In this document: positions 51,919 to 62,261 of the stretch, in pieces | Layout of the letters: each line of letters opens with the position of its first letter | Position numbering within the stretch: the stretch's first letter is position 1 | Assembly (NCBI GenBank): GCA_964525635.1 | Contig: CAZGJX010000001.1 | Coordinates: 1 to 64,000, forward strand | Direction of reading: 5' to 3' | Source: an uncultured archaeon | GTDB taxonomy: Archaea > Asgardarchaeota > Lokiarchaeia > Sigyniarchaeales > SOKP01 | Length of the DNA stretch: 64,000 bases | Made by a program: the position numbers and the translations under genes | Notes under the pieces: model-generated | Database searches by the model: none | Told to the model about the DNA's origin: nothing | The model's input: only the letters and a program-made list of their open reading frames with translations

Positions 51919-52392
51919 ATGTCGGAAGATTATGAAATCACACGATTTTTAACTTCTAAAAATAATAATAAAAAACCAAAAATAGATAATTATAATACTT
52001 TAAAAGAATATAACAATGAATTATATACAGGAATGAAAATAGGTGGTAAACATTATTGGAATTATGATAATGGAAAATGGATTGAAATTAAAAAATCCCC
52101 AAATAAATGGAATTTTACGTTTAATTCCATTAAAACAAGAAATCATCTTGCTCCAATAAATACAGGTGCAAATGTTCACACAAAATACCATTGGTATATT
52201 ATAGCAGAGCAATTCGCTGAGAAAATTAATGCTAATTCTTACATGACAACTATGAAAGGAGAGAAATTTAAAATAGGACATAAAAGACTATATTGGAGAA
52301 CATTTAATTATAGATATCCAGATCAAAAACCATATAAAGAGCGATTAATTGAAATTTTAGAAGGAATTTTATATAATTTAAAATCCGGATAA
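51919..52392 (+). CDS. Hypothetical protein (Trp/Tyr-rich)
   Basis: 157-aa ORF with YTGMKIGG.H.W.Y and YHWYI.A.Q motifs. Confidence 0.65.
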   Translation: MSEDYEITRFLTSKNNNKKPKIDNYNTLKEYNNELYTGMKIGGKHYWNYDNGKWIEIKKSPNKWNFTFNSIKTRNHLAPINTGANVHTKYHWYIIAEQFAEKINANSYMTTMKGEKFKIGHKRLYWRTFNYRYPDQKPYKERLIEILEGILYNLKSG

Positions 52393-53001
52393 AAATGGAT
52401 AAAATATGCAAATGGGTTCTTCAATAGTTCTAAAATGTAAATAAATTTGAATAATTTTAATATAATTTCTCCTATCTCTCTTATATTTTCTATATCTATG
52501 TTTTAACTACAATTTCTTCATATCTACATACTAAAGTAGAAATTTTTCATTCTCTATTATAGTTTTAAAAAGAATTTTCTATTTCTTATAGATAAAATCA
52601 TAATATAGGTGTATTATAAGAGAGAATAAGAAAATGTAAACACACATCCAATAGAACATGTATAAAAAATAAAAGAGGATATCCCTCAATTGGGAAAAAT
52701 TACTCCTATTTCAGGAGTAAAAGAGAAATTGGGAAGAAATTTCAATTCATAATTCATTGGTGCGATAAAAACAAAACAAAATCGATGTTTCTGGAGTATT
52801 CTAGAAGATAATGACTTTGAACTCTATCAGAATGTAGCGAGTCCCGTTCCCGCTAAAAGGTGATTGATGATAATAAGGTAGGGAGAGCTCTGTGAGTTCA
52901 ATGAACACTTATTTGAGATGCAAGTTAAAGTGATAAAAGATATGAATTTATATCATTTTTATCTATTTGACAGAACGGAAAATTGGTTGATGAATAAATA
53001 A

Positions 53002-54090
53002 TTATATTTTCCTTCTATCCCAAATTTTTTTTATCATTATTGCTTTTTTAAAGTATCCTTCAATAGTATCCACTGTATCACTAAAATCATGCATTTTTTT
53101 TGCTTTTTCACAAGCACTTTTAACTAATTTCTTTTTATAAATTAAATCATCTAAGATTTTTTTTATTCCTTGAATAAAATCATTTACATCATTCGCTTTA
53201 TAAGCAGAAATATTATGTTCCAACCAATTAAATACTTCAATATCCCTTGCTATAACAGGTAATTTACATAAAGATGCTTCAATTAGGGGAAGGCATAGAT
53301 TTTCTTCATCTGATGTATTTAACAAGATATCTGCACCGTAATAAGGTTCTCTAATGTCATCATAATATCCTGTAAAAAAAACATTATTTAATTTCGATGC
53401 TTTCTCTACTTCTGGATTATCACTTGTTGGTCCTACCCATATAAAATAATAGTTAGGGAGTTTTTCAGCTACTTGACGAAATGTATCAACTCGTTTTCTT
53501 TTCCATGTTAATCCAACATTCAAAATAATAGTCGCATCTATTGGGATTTTGTATTTTTCATTAAGATATTGCCGGAATTTTATTCTATACTCCTTTTTCT
53601 CCGTGAATTTTTCAATTATAATTCCACTACTAACTGACCATATTGGATATGTCCTTGATTTCTGTATTCCTTCAATGCACGTCTTTGCATAATCGCTTGG
53701 AGTCATTAATAAATGAGCTTGGCTATATAAGAGTCTGACCCATAATTTTATAATTTTATTAATAATTGGAATATCTGGTAATAAATTTCCTTTCAAATCT
53801 TCATATGTTGTATGAGCATGTTGAACAACAGCAATTGTTTTTTTAAATTGATTTTTAAACCTATATAATTGAAGAAAAGTAAGAGGATCAAAACTTGAGG
53901 AACAAATTATATCCACATTACCTTCTTCGACCCATTTTGGCTTTTTTTGTCTATTGGGAATCCATAAATTATGACCCCTATTTTTTAGTTCTTGAATAAT
54001 ATCTTCAGTAGTTACCTCTATTCCTCCAATTGTATCTAGTTTCTTGAATTTTTTATAAATATGAAAGTTAACAATATAAATGATATTCAT
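53002..54090 (-). CDS. Glycosyltransferase family 4 (diacylglycerol glycosyltransferase-like)
   Basis: HAHTT.ED, TPS.Y, RK.VD.F, EENLCLPLIEA. Confidence 0.82.
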   Translation of the reverse strand: MNIIYIVNFHIYKKFKKLDTIGGIEVTTEDIIQELKNRGHNLWIPNRQKKPKWVEEGNVDIICSSSFDPLTFLQLYRFKNQFKKTIAVVQHAHTTYEDLKGNLLPDIPIINKIIKLWVRLLYSQAHLLMTPSDYAKTCIEGIQKSRTYPIWSVSSGIIIEKFTEKKEYRIKFRQYLNEKYKIPIDATIILNVGLTWKRKRVDTFRQVAEKLPNYYFIWVGPTSDNPEVEKASKLNNVFFTGYYDDIREPYYGADILLNTSDEENLCLPLIEASLCKLPVIARDIEVFNWLEHNISAYKANDVNDFIQGIKKILDDLIYKKKLVKSACEKAKKMHDFSDTVDTIEGYFKKAIMIKKIWDRRKI

Positions 54091-54150
54091 AATTTGATTT
54101 TATGAATTGAATGAAAAAAACTTAACTTCACTCAGAAATTATCAAAAATA

Positions 54151-55155
54151 ATGGATGTTGATAAAATAAGAATTTCAATTGGGAGTGCAATTGCCCTTGG
54201 TTTAATTAATTATAGAAAATGTGATGTTCTTCCAACAACATGTTATTTGATGACTTATTTCTCAGGGAAATGTTTATCAAATTGTAGTTTTTGTCCTCAA
54301 GCAAGAAATTCACAAGGTTCATTAGATAAACTTTCACGAGTTAGTTGGCCTGCTTTTGAATTTAATGATTTCATAACAAAATTAAAATATATGCACCCTT
54401 TAAAAAAATTTAAAAGGATCTGTATTCAAACCCTCAATTATCAAAATAATTTTAAAGATCTAACTGAAATAATAATAGAAATAAAGAAAGAAACAGACAT
54501 TCCAATATCTGTTGCAATTCCTCCGATGAATAAAGAGGAATTAAGAGAATTAAGATTAATAGGCGTGCAACGAGTGGGTATTGCTCTTGATGGCGCTTCA
54601 AAAGATACTTTTGAGAAAATTAAAGGAAAAGGAGTTAATAGTTCTTATAAGTGGAATACCCATTATAATGCACTAATCGAAGCTACAACTATTTTTTCAA
54701 ACAACTCAGTATCTACACATTTGATATATGGTTTAGGTGATACACAACAACAGATAATGAATTTGATCAATGAATTAAAAAATTATAATATATTAACAGC
54801 TTTATTTGCTTTTATGCCAATAAAAGGTACGAAACTTGAAGATTTAAATCAACCAAACTTATTAGATTTTAGAAAATTACAACTTGCAAGAGAGCTTATT
54901 ATAAATAGAGGTAAAGCTTTAAAAGATATTACTTTCAACAACAAGGGCGATATTATTAATTTCAATATTAATAAAAAAGAATTAATGGATATTATAGATG
55001 AAAATAATGCGTTTATTACAACTGGATGCCCCAATTGTAATAGACCCTATTACACTTCAAGACCATCTGGTCCTATTTATAATTTTCCAAGAAAATTAAA
55101 GGAATTTGAGAAACAAGACATATATCAACAAATGAAAAATTTAGTCAAGTTCTAA
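54151..55155 (+). CDS. lipS2: Radical SAM lipoyl synthase subunit LipS2-like
   Basis: CLSNCSFC, LSRVSWP, TTGCPNCNRP motif; adjacent to a lipoate ligase. Confidence 0.78.
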   Translation: MDVDKIRISIGSAIALGLINYRKCDVLPTTCYLMTYFSGKCLSNCSFCPQARNSQGSLDKLSRVSWPAFEFNDFITKLKYMHPLKKFKRICIQTLNYQNNFKDLTEIIIEIKKETDIPISVAIPPMNKEELRELRLIGVQRVGIALDGASKDTFEKIKGKGVNSSYKWNTHYNALIEATTIFSNNSVSTHLIYGLGDTQQQIMNLINELKNYNILTALFAFMPIKGTKLEDLNQPNLLDFRKLQLARELIINRGKALKDITFNNKGDIINFNINKKELMDIIDENNAFITTGCPNCNRPYYTSRPSGPIYNFPRKLKEFEKQDIYQQMKNLVKF

Positions 55156-55165
55156 AACCCGAATT

Positions 55166-55945
55166 ATGAATGATTGGAGATTTATTCCTTTAGAAATTAA
55201 AGATGGATACTGGAATATGGCTTTAGATGAATCAATTTTAAAAGCAGTAATTCAAAAAAAAACTCCTTACACAATAAGATTTTATAAATGGAATCCTTCT
55301 ACTGTATCTATAGGGAGAAATCAAAGTCTAACTAATGAAGTGAATATCAAATTCTGTAAACATAATAATTTTAATATTGTAAGAAGGATAACAGGGGGAG
55401 GTGCTGTTTTTCATGATCAAAAAGGTGAGATTACATATTCTATAGTTTGTTCTCTGAAATTCTTGAAAGACCTGAATGCTATAAATGTGATGGATCAATA
55501 TGAATTAATTACAGATTCTATAATATTTAGTTTGAGTCGACTTGGATTAAACGTTCATAAGGGAGTAATTAATTGTCCTGCGATATTTTTAGATGATAAA
55601 AAATTCTCAGGAAATGCTCAAATAAGAAGAAAAGGGTTTATTTTGCAACATGGAACAATATTATTAAAAATTAATGCTGATTTAATGTATTCTGCATTAA
55701 AAACTCCTCCAAACATATCTCAAAATAGAATGGTTCGATCTGTAAAAACAAAATGTATAGGAATTAAAGAAAGATTAGATGATTATAAAGAAGAAGATTT
55801 TATAAATTCACTAAAAAAAGGCTTTGAGGAGACACTTAATATAAATACTATTAGAGGTCAATTTTCTAAATGGGAATTAAAATTAGCGGAAAAATTAGTA
55901 AATGAAAAATATATAAATAAAACTTGGTTAAGAAGATATGAATAA
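55166..55945 (+). CDS. Lipoate/octanoate-protein ligase catalytic domain
   Basis: NMALDE, RRITGGGAVFHD, KKFSGNAQ, LQHGT. Confidence 0.9.
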   Translation: MNDWRFIPLEIKDGYWNMALDESILKAVIQKKTPYTIRFYKWNPSTVSIGRNQSLTNEVNIKFCKHNNFNIVRRITGGGAVFHDQKGEITYSIVCSLKFLKDLNAINVMDQYELITDSIIFSLSRLGLNVHKGVINCPAIFLDDKKFSGNAQIRRKGFILQHGTILLKINADLMYSALKTPPNISQNRMVRSVKTKCIGIKERLDDYKEEDFINSLKKGFEETLNINTIRGQFSKWELKLAEKLVNEKYINKTWLRRYE

Positions 55946-57005
55946 AGTTAATACCTTGTTAAAGAAATTTCAAAATAATGCATGTTCATGGGAAGATTAT
56001 TTAAAATTTTTAGAATTAGATAATAATGAAGAACTTGAAGCTTTTTTTAAATTTGCTCAGGAATTAAAAAAAGTTCATTTTGGAGATATCCTTAAAATAT
56101 ATATTCCAAATAAAAGATTTCCTCCAATTAGTATAACAGGAAATAAATGTGAATTACATTGTGAGCATTGCAATGAAAAATATCTTAATGGCATGCATCA
56201 TATCATCAATAAAGTGGAATTGGAAAATTATTTAATACAACATTATAAAAATGGGGGTATTGGCGCATTAATTTCCGGAGGTTGTCTTTTAGATGGATCA
56301 GTTCCCTTATTGGGTTTTCTAGATGCGCTTAAAAATGTGAAAAATAAAACGGATTTAATATTAAACATACATACTGGGTTATTAAATAATGAAACAGCTA
56401 AACAATTAGCAAATATAAACGCTGATATTATTTCCTTTGATATCAATATGGATACAGAAATAATTAAAGAAATATATCATTTAAACAAGGATATAAATGA
56501 TTATAAAGAAGCTATTAGATTATTAAAAAAAAATAATCTTAATATAGTTCCCCATATATGTGTAGGATTATATTATGGTGAATTACATAAAGAATTGAAT
56601 TCAATTAAATTTATAAAAGAATCTAAAATAAATCCATCTTTAATAGTGCTTATTGTTTTAATACCTCCAAAAGAATCTAAAAAACATTTTAAAACACCCA
56701 ATCCATATGATATTGCGAAGGTTATTACTATTATTAGAACTGTGTTTCCCAAATCAGAAATTTCTTTAGGTTGTATGCGTCCAAGAGATAAAATCAGGAA
56801 GAGAATAGAAAAATTTGCAATTAAAGCAGGTATAACAAGGATAGAATTACCTTTAAGACAAACATATGAATGGGTTATGAAAAAATTTTCAAGAATAAAT
56901 ATAGAGTTTTACTCTGCTTGTTGTGCTATTCCTCAAGAATATGAAAAAAAGGCAAAAATGTCTAAATCTGAAATAAAAAAATATCAAAGGAATGGAAATG
57001 AATAA
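55938..57005 (+). CDS. lipS1: Radical SAM lipoyl synthase subunit LipS1-like
   Basis: SITG..CELHCEHC, LISGG, LGCMRP, C-terminal CC. Confidence 0.78.
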   Translation: MNKVNTLLKKFQNNACSWEDYLKFLELDNNEELEAFFKFAQELKKVHFGDILKIYIPNKRFPPISITGNKCELHCEHCNEKYLNGMHHIINKVELENYLIQHYKNGGIGALISGGCLLDGSVPLLGFLDALKNVKNKTDLILNIHTGLLNNETAKQLANINADIISFDINMDTEIIKEIYHLNKDINDYKEAIRLLKKNNLNIVPHICVGLYYGELHKELNSIKFIKESKINPSLIVLIVLIPPKESKKHFKTPNPYDIAKVITIIRTVFPKSEISLGCMRPRDKIRKRIEKFAIKAGITRIELPLRQTYEWVMKKFSRINIEFYSACCAIPQEYEKKAKMSKSEIKKYQRNGNE

Positions 57006-58398
57006 TAAAGTTGAGATAATTAAAATTCACGGAATTCCCCATATTAAAAAGGGAGATAATATTTCTCAAATTATTTTAGATAATTTAGAAAATAATAATA
57101 TAGAAATAGAGAATAAGGATATTTTAATAATTGCCCAGAAAATTATTTCAAAAAGTCTGGGTTTAGTAAAAGATTTAAGAAAAATAAAACCAAGAAAAGA
57201 AGCATTAAGAATATTTAATAAAATTAATTCAATAATAAGAGAACCCAATCTTCCAGTAAAAGATCCAGAATTAATAGAAATTATATTAGATGAATCCAAT
57301 GAACTAATAAAAATAAACCATGTATTAATAACTGAAACAAAACATGGATTTGTCTGTGCAAATGCAGGAATTGATAAATCTAATATTAAAGGTCAGAATA
57401 ATGTTACGTTGTTACCTGATGATCCTGATAAAGAAGCAAAAAAAATAAAAGAAATTATAAAAGAAAGAATAGGTAAAAATATTGCTGTTATTATTTCTGA
57501 TTCTTTTGGAAGACCATTTAGAAATGGATCTGTTGGAGTTGCTTTAGGTGTTGCAGGTATTGAACCTTTATTAGATAAAAGAGGATGTAAAGATCTTTAT
57601 GGAAAAATTTTAAGGAGTACAATAATAGCTCAAATAGATAATTTATCTTCAGCCGCACAATTAATTATGGGTGAATCAAATGAAGGAATTCCTATTGCTC
57701 TTATTAGAGGATATAATTTTAAATTAAGTGATAATTCTTCAATAAAATCCATTTTAAGAGAAAAAAAAAAAGATCTTTTTAGACAAGAGAATGTTGAAAG
57801 AGTAATAGAAGATTTATTGAAGAATAGAAGGAGTTACAAACTAAAATTTGCAAATAAAGATGTGAATGAAGATTTAATTATAAATTGCATTAATATAGCT
57901 AGATATGCCCCTAGTGCTCATAATAAACAATTATGGAAATATATAATATTAGAAAAGCAAAATCGAAAAGAATTAATAGATAATATGAATCAAAAATTAA
58001 AAGATGATTTAGAAAAAGATGATAAATCAGAAAAATTCATAAAAAATAAAATTAATAAAACGAGAAGTCATTTCCTAGAAGCTCCCTTTCTAATATTATT
58101 ATCCTTAGATTGTTCTGAAATAGATGAATATTCAGATCTTAAAAGAAATAATAATGAATTTCTATTGGGGATTCAAGGTATAAGTGCTTCTGCAATTTAT
58201 TTCCTTTTAGCTCTAGAATCAAAAGGATTAAATTCTTGTTGGTATTCTGCACCATTATTTGCTGAAGAAGTAGTTCAAAAAACTTTAAATTTACCCAAAA
58301 ATTTTAAACCAATCGCATTTTTTACAATAGGTTATCCAAAAAAAAAAATTTTGGCTCAACCACGTAAAAAAATAGATGAAATAATTTATAAAATATGA
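56992..58398 (+). CDS. cofE: F420-0:L-glutamate ligase CofE fused to a nitroreductase domain (FbiB-like)
   Basis: ANAGIDKSN, LLP.DPD, SDSFGRPFR; C-terminal RRSY, APSAHN.Q.W, IGYP. Confidence 0.9.
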   Translation: MEMNNKVEIIKIHGIPHIKKGDNISQIILDNLENNNIEIENKDILIIAQKIISKSLGLVKDLRKIKPRKEALRIFNKINSIIREPNLPVKDPELIEIILDESNELIKINHVLITETKHGFVCANAGIDKSNIKGQNNVTLLPDDPDKEAKKIKEIIKERIGKNIAVIISDSFGRPFRNGSVGVALGVAGIEPLLDKRGCKDLYGKILRSTIIAQIDNLSSAAQLIMGESNEGIPIALIRGYNFKLSDNSSIKSILREKKKDLFRQENVERVIEDLLKNRRSYKLKFANKDVNEDLIINCINIARYAPSAHNKQLWKYIILEKQNRKELIDNMNQKLKDDLEKDDKSEKFIKNKINKTRSHFLEAPFLILLSLDCSEIDEYSDLKRNNNEFLLGIQGISASAIYFLLALESKGLNSCWYSAPLFAEEVVQKTLNLPKNFKPIAFFTIGYPKKKILAQPRKKIDEIIYKI

Positions 58399-58408
58399 AT
58401 GATATAAA

Positions 58409-59335
58409 TTGGAAGATTATTACTTAATTTTAGCAGGTGGTGTGGGTGCAGCAAAATTCATTGAAGGATTAGCTAATATAATAGATCAAGCAAAAATAAA
58501 GATTGTAGTAAATACGGGGGATGATATTGAATTATTTGGTTTACAGATATCTCCTGATTTAGATATAATTACATATACATTGGCAAATTTAATTGATAAA
58601 AAAAAAGGCTGGGGATTTAAAGAAGATACATTTAATTGTTTGAAGAATTTAAGCAAATTTTATCAAGATGATTGGTTTAATCTTGGAGATAAAGATTTAG
58701 CAACTCATATTTATCGAACAAATTTATTCAATAAAGGATATTCTAAAGCAAGAATTACAAAAAAAATTAGTCGAAAATTAGGGATTAAAGCAGATTTAAT
58801 TCCTATGTGCAATGAACCTGTTCAAACATATATAGAAACTACAGAAGGATTATTTCATTTTGAGGAATTTTATATAAAATATCAGTGTAAACCTAAAATT
58901 TTAGACATTAAACTTGAAGGAATTGAAAAAGCGAAACCAATCGATGGTATTTTTAAAATAATAAAGTTTGCTAAAAAGATAATAATAAGTCCTTCGAATC
59001 CTATTGTATCTATAGGTCCAATTCTAGCTGTACCTGGAATGAAAGAAGCTTTAATTAAGGAAAAAGATAAAATATATGGAATTAGCCCAATTATAAAAGG
59101 AGCACCAATTAAAGGTCCTGCTGATAAATTATTACAATTCTGTGATTTAGAAGTCTCATGTGTAGGAGTTGCAAATTTTTATAAAAATATAGTAAGACAT
59201 TTTATTATTGATAAAAGAGATGAAAAATTAAAATCAAAAATAGAAGAATTAGATATAAATACGTATTGTTATGACACCTTAATGATAAATTTAAGAAAAA
59301 AGAAAGATTTAGCTTCTTTTATAATCGAGTTGTAA
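58409..59335 (+). CDS. cofD: 2-phospho-L-lactate transferase
   Basis: GGVGAAKF, NTGDD, SPDLD, LGDKDLATH, PSNP.VSIGPI, KGPADK. Confidence 0.94.
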   Translation: MEDYYLILAGGVGAAKFIEGLANIIDQAKIKIVVNTGDDIELFGLQISPDLDIITYTLANLIDKKKGWGFKEDTFNCLKNLSKFYQDDWFNLGDKDLATHIYRTNLFNKGYSKARITKKISRKLGIKADLIPMCNEPVQTYIETTEGLFHFEEFYIKYQCKPKILDIKLEGIEKAKPIDGIFKIIKFAKKIIISPSNPIVSIGPILAVPGMKEALIKEKDKIYGISPIIKGAPIKGPADKLLQFCDLEVSCVGVANFYKNIVRHFIIDKRDEKLKSKIEELDINTYCYDTLMINLRKKKDLASFIIEL

Positions 59336-59341
59336 TAAAAA

Positions 59342-60847
59342 TTAGGTTGTTTCAGTTGCTATTTCTTCAGATCCAACTTTAGGCTCTTCTTCTAAACTTG
59401 AGTCAATATCCTCTTTTTTAACGTAATCTCCCACAGATATAAGTATATCTTTTATCTTTCCTTCTTGCTTTAATCTCATAATCAGACTACGGTTTTTAAT
59501 GAATGAAATAACTTTTGCAACAACAGGGAAAAGAAGCATAATTGGTAGAAGAAGAACAATAATTGCCTCTGGAGAATACATAGCAACACTTTTACTAATA
59601 GCATCGGGAAGTTGAAGAACATTAATAAGGAACCACCTTGGATGAATAATAATATAGCTGATAAATATTAAGACGATAATTCTTGTAGATGCATTAATGA
59701 GTGTAGAAACTGCTAGGTTTTTTGATCTCGGTGCAGAACTTTTTGCGGTTAAAGTATCCTCTGCCTCTGGATCTTCTCTAAATAAACGTTCAGCATATCT
59801 CCCTAACCTCCGTGTCTTTGAGGCTGCAGTAATTAATTTTTTCTCCTCAGATTCTAATTTTTTCTTTTCAATCATTTCTTTTATATAGGAGAATTTTCTT
59901 TCTTTTTTCATTAAGAATACTTCTACAGATTCTTTTTCTATTCCTAATTCTTCTTTTTTTTTTTTAGCTTCTTCTTTTATTTTATCTATATTTGTTGTAA
60001 TATGCATTGATTCTCTGCGTATTAATTTTAATTGAGCTTCTAATCGTTCACTTCTCCTGAGAGATGGTTGAGTGACTGTATCTGTATAATTAATTTGAAA
60101 GGCCATTTCAAGATACAAATAGCATACTATTGCAAATAATATAAGTGGATTACTAATGAAGGTAAAAAAATTATCTATTGGTATATCGTTGAAAGAATCA
60201 CTTAATGGATTTGCTAACTCATTTAAATTAATAATTTCATTTTCTGTAAGCCAATCATTTATAGGTTTAAGTGCACCAAATAAATCGAGCATATCTCTAA
60301 ATCCATAAATAATTAATGGAAATATAATCATTGAAACTAAAAGTCCAATAGCTCTTAAATTATTTTTTGGATTACTTTGGAATATAGCTCTTATAACATA
60401 AAAAATAGCTAAGATAAACAATAATTGAAAGATGACTAAATAAATATCATTTGAAAGTATAGCTAATTGTGTAAATATTTTATCTCCAAGATCATCAAAT
60501 TCAGGAGTTACTCCATCTGGGAAACTAAACCAACTACCAAGAAGATTTTTAAAGAATAGATGAACAAAATTAAATATATCTGATCCACCAACAGCGGAAA
60601 ACATTCCACCAATTACAAATGCAAAAGCTATAGCAATGCAATATAATAGTACAAAGATTAATAAACTAATCAGATCCTTTAATGCAAATATAAAATCCAC
60701 AACAACCCATTGTTTATTACCATCTTTAGCAACTGTGAGTATTTCTTGAAAATTAAACAATGAGAAAAAGATAGTAAGTATCCAAAAAAATAATAATGCA
60801 TTTAATATTCTTAAAGTCATTAAATAATATCTTCGTTCCATATTCAA
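59342..60847 (-). CDS. Multi-pass membrane protein of the MoxR operon
   Basis: Multiple TMs with a cytoplasmic coiled-coil loop. Confidence 0.7.
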   Translation of the reverse strand: MNMERRYYLMTLRILNALLFFWILTIFFSLFNFQEILTVAKDGNKQWVVVDFIFALKDLISLLIFVLLYCIAIAFAFVIGGMFSAVGGSDIFNFVHLFFKNLLGSWFSFPDGVTPEFDDLGDKIFTQLAILSNDIYLVIFQLLFILAIFYVIRAIFQSNPKNNLRAIGLLVSMIIFPLIIYGFRDMLDLFGALKPINDWLTENEIINLNELANPLSDSFNDIPIDNFFTFISNPLILFAIVCYLYLEMAFQINYTDTVTQPSLRRSERLEAQLKLIRRESMHITTNIDKIKEEAKKKKEELGIEKESVEVFLMKKERKFSYIKEMIEKKKLESEEKKLITAASKTRRLGRYAERLFREDPEAEDTLTAKSSAPRSKNLAVSTLINASTRIIVLIFISYIIIHPRWFLINVLQLPDAISKSVAMYSPEAIIVLLLPIMLLFPVVAKVISFIKNRSLIMRLKQEGKIKDILISVGDYVKKEDIDSSLEEEPKVGSEEIATETT

Positions 60848-60856
60848 TATACCTCT

Positions 60857-62185
60857 TTAATATGCACTTCCTTTCTTTTTTGCTTCTAAATAGTTATTTA
60901 TTACTTGATTCATCATATCATCAGGACCAACTGTAATAAGATTAATTCCAAGCCTTCGAGCTTCTTGTTTTATTCCTAAAATATGCTCCATCATTTCTTC
61001 AGATATTGCTTCTGCTAAGGCTTTATCTGTTGACGATAAATCAACTTCATGAATTTCAAACCAAGGTGAAAAAGGATTTATTATAATAACTGTATGACCA
61101 AAAGGAATTAATTTTCTAACTGCGTCTCTAATTTCTTTGATACTTGTCTCTAAATCAGAAATGATAAAAATTAAGCTCCGCTTCTGATACCTCTTAATAA
61201 AATTATCCATAGCATCAAAAATTTTGCATTTACCTTCAGGTTTTACTCTTGCAACAAAATCTAAAACTTGATAAAAATACTCTTCACCACTTCCTGGTTT
61301 TAAATATTTAAAATTTTTTTTATTGGAGAATGTATATATCCCCACATTATCACGTCTCGTTAAGGCAATTTTTGTTAATAACATACATGCTCTAATAGCA
61401 TATTCAAATTTTGTATTATCTATTGCACCCCCCGCCATTGAATTAGAGGAATCAACCAAAATCATCATATTGATATCTCTTTCAGTTTCAAATTCTCTTA
61501 CAATTAATTTTTGGGTTCTAACACTTGCTTTCCAATCGATTAATCTAAATTGATCTCCAAAAACATATTTTCTCATTCCAAAAAATTCTGAACCTAATCC
61601 TTTTTGTTTTGATCGTTGTACACCATAATTTAAATTAAGAGATCTTTTTGATCCTAAGATTTCTATCCTTTTTATATCTTCATACGGAGGATAAATTAAA
61701 ACATCAGTAACACTATTTGGGATAATTCTTTCAGCAGAATTAAATCCAAGACGATCTTTTACTATTACAGATAAAGGTCCAAGTGGATATTCACCCCTTA
61801 CCTTTGGTTCAAGTACATAAGAAAATTTAATTAAATCTTTTGGACCTATTCGAGTACTTATAAAATTCTCACCTAATATTAATCTAAAAAGTGCAGGATT
61901 ATAGTAATCTCTAATTTCTATAAAGTCAAAACTATTTCTCCCAGCATTTTCAATGATTACTTTGATATGTACAAAATCATCTTTGAAAATCTTTTGTTTT
62001 TCTAATTCCCTATGAACCCTTAATTCTTCTACATCCATCTGATAATAGAATAATGGGAGACTGATAACGGCACTAAATAGTAGAATTATTCCAAAATAGA
62101 CTAGAAAATAATTTACATTAGCAAACCCAGCTGCTAAAAAAAAAACACTAAATAAAATTAACGTTCTTCCTTTTCCACCTAGCAT
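60857..62185 (-). CDS. DUF58 / vWA-domain MoxR partner
   Basis: EFFGMRKY..GD..R.IDWKAS, VREFE, DSSNS MIDAS, IISD. Confidence 0.9.
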   Translation of the reverse strand: MLGGKGRTLILFSVFFLAAGFANVNYFLVYFGIILLFSAVISLPLFYYQMDVEELRVHRELEKQKIFKDDFVHIKVIIENAGRNSFDFIEIRDYYNPALFRLILGENFISTRIGPKDLIKFSYVLEPKVRGEYPLGPLSVIVKDRLGFNSAERIIPNSVTDVLIYPPYEDIKRIEILGSKRSLNLNYGVQRSKQKGLGSEFFGMRKYVFGDQFRLIDWKASVRTQKLIVREFETERDINMMILVDSSNSMAGGAIDNTKFEYAIRACMLLTKIALTRRDNVGIYTFSNKKNFKYLKPGSGEEYFYQVLDFVARVKPEGKCKIFDAMDNFIKRYQKRSLIFIISDLETSIKEIRDAVRKLIPFGHTVIIINPFSPWFEIHEVDLSSTDKALAEAISEEMMEHILGIKQEARRLGINLITVGPDDMMNQVINNYLEAKKKGSAY

Positions 62186-62261
62186 TCTAATTTATCTCCC
62201 ATTATTTATTATTTTAAAAATTTTCAATAAAAATAAACTCAGAAAATTATAAAAATCCAGC

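Noticed and set aside
199-61553. Numerous 60-170 aa antisense/overlapping ORFs in the track (e.g. 12718..13179, 32543..33052, 38165..38488)
   Set aside because: Shadow frames opposite well-supported genes, with Ile/Phe/Ser-rich composition and no motifs.
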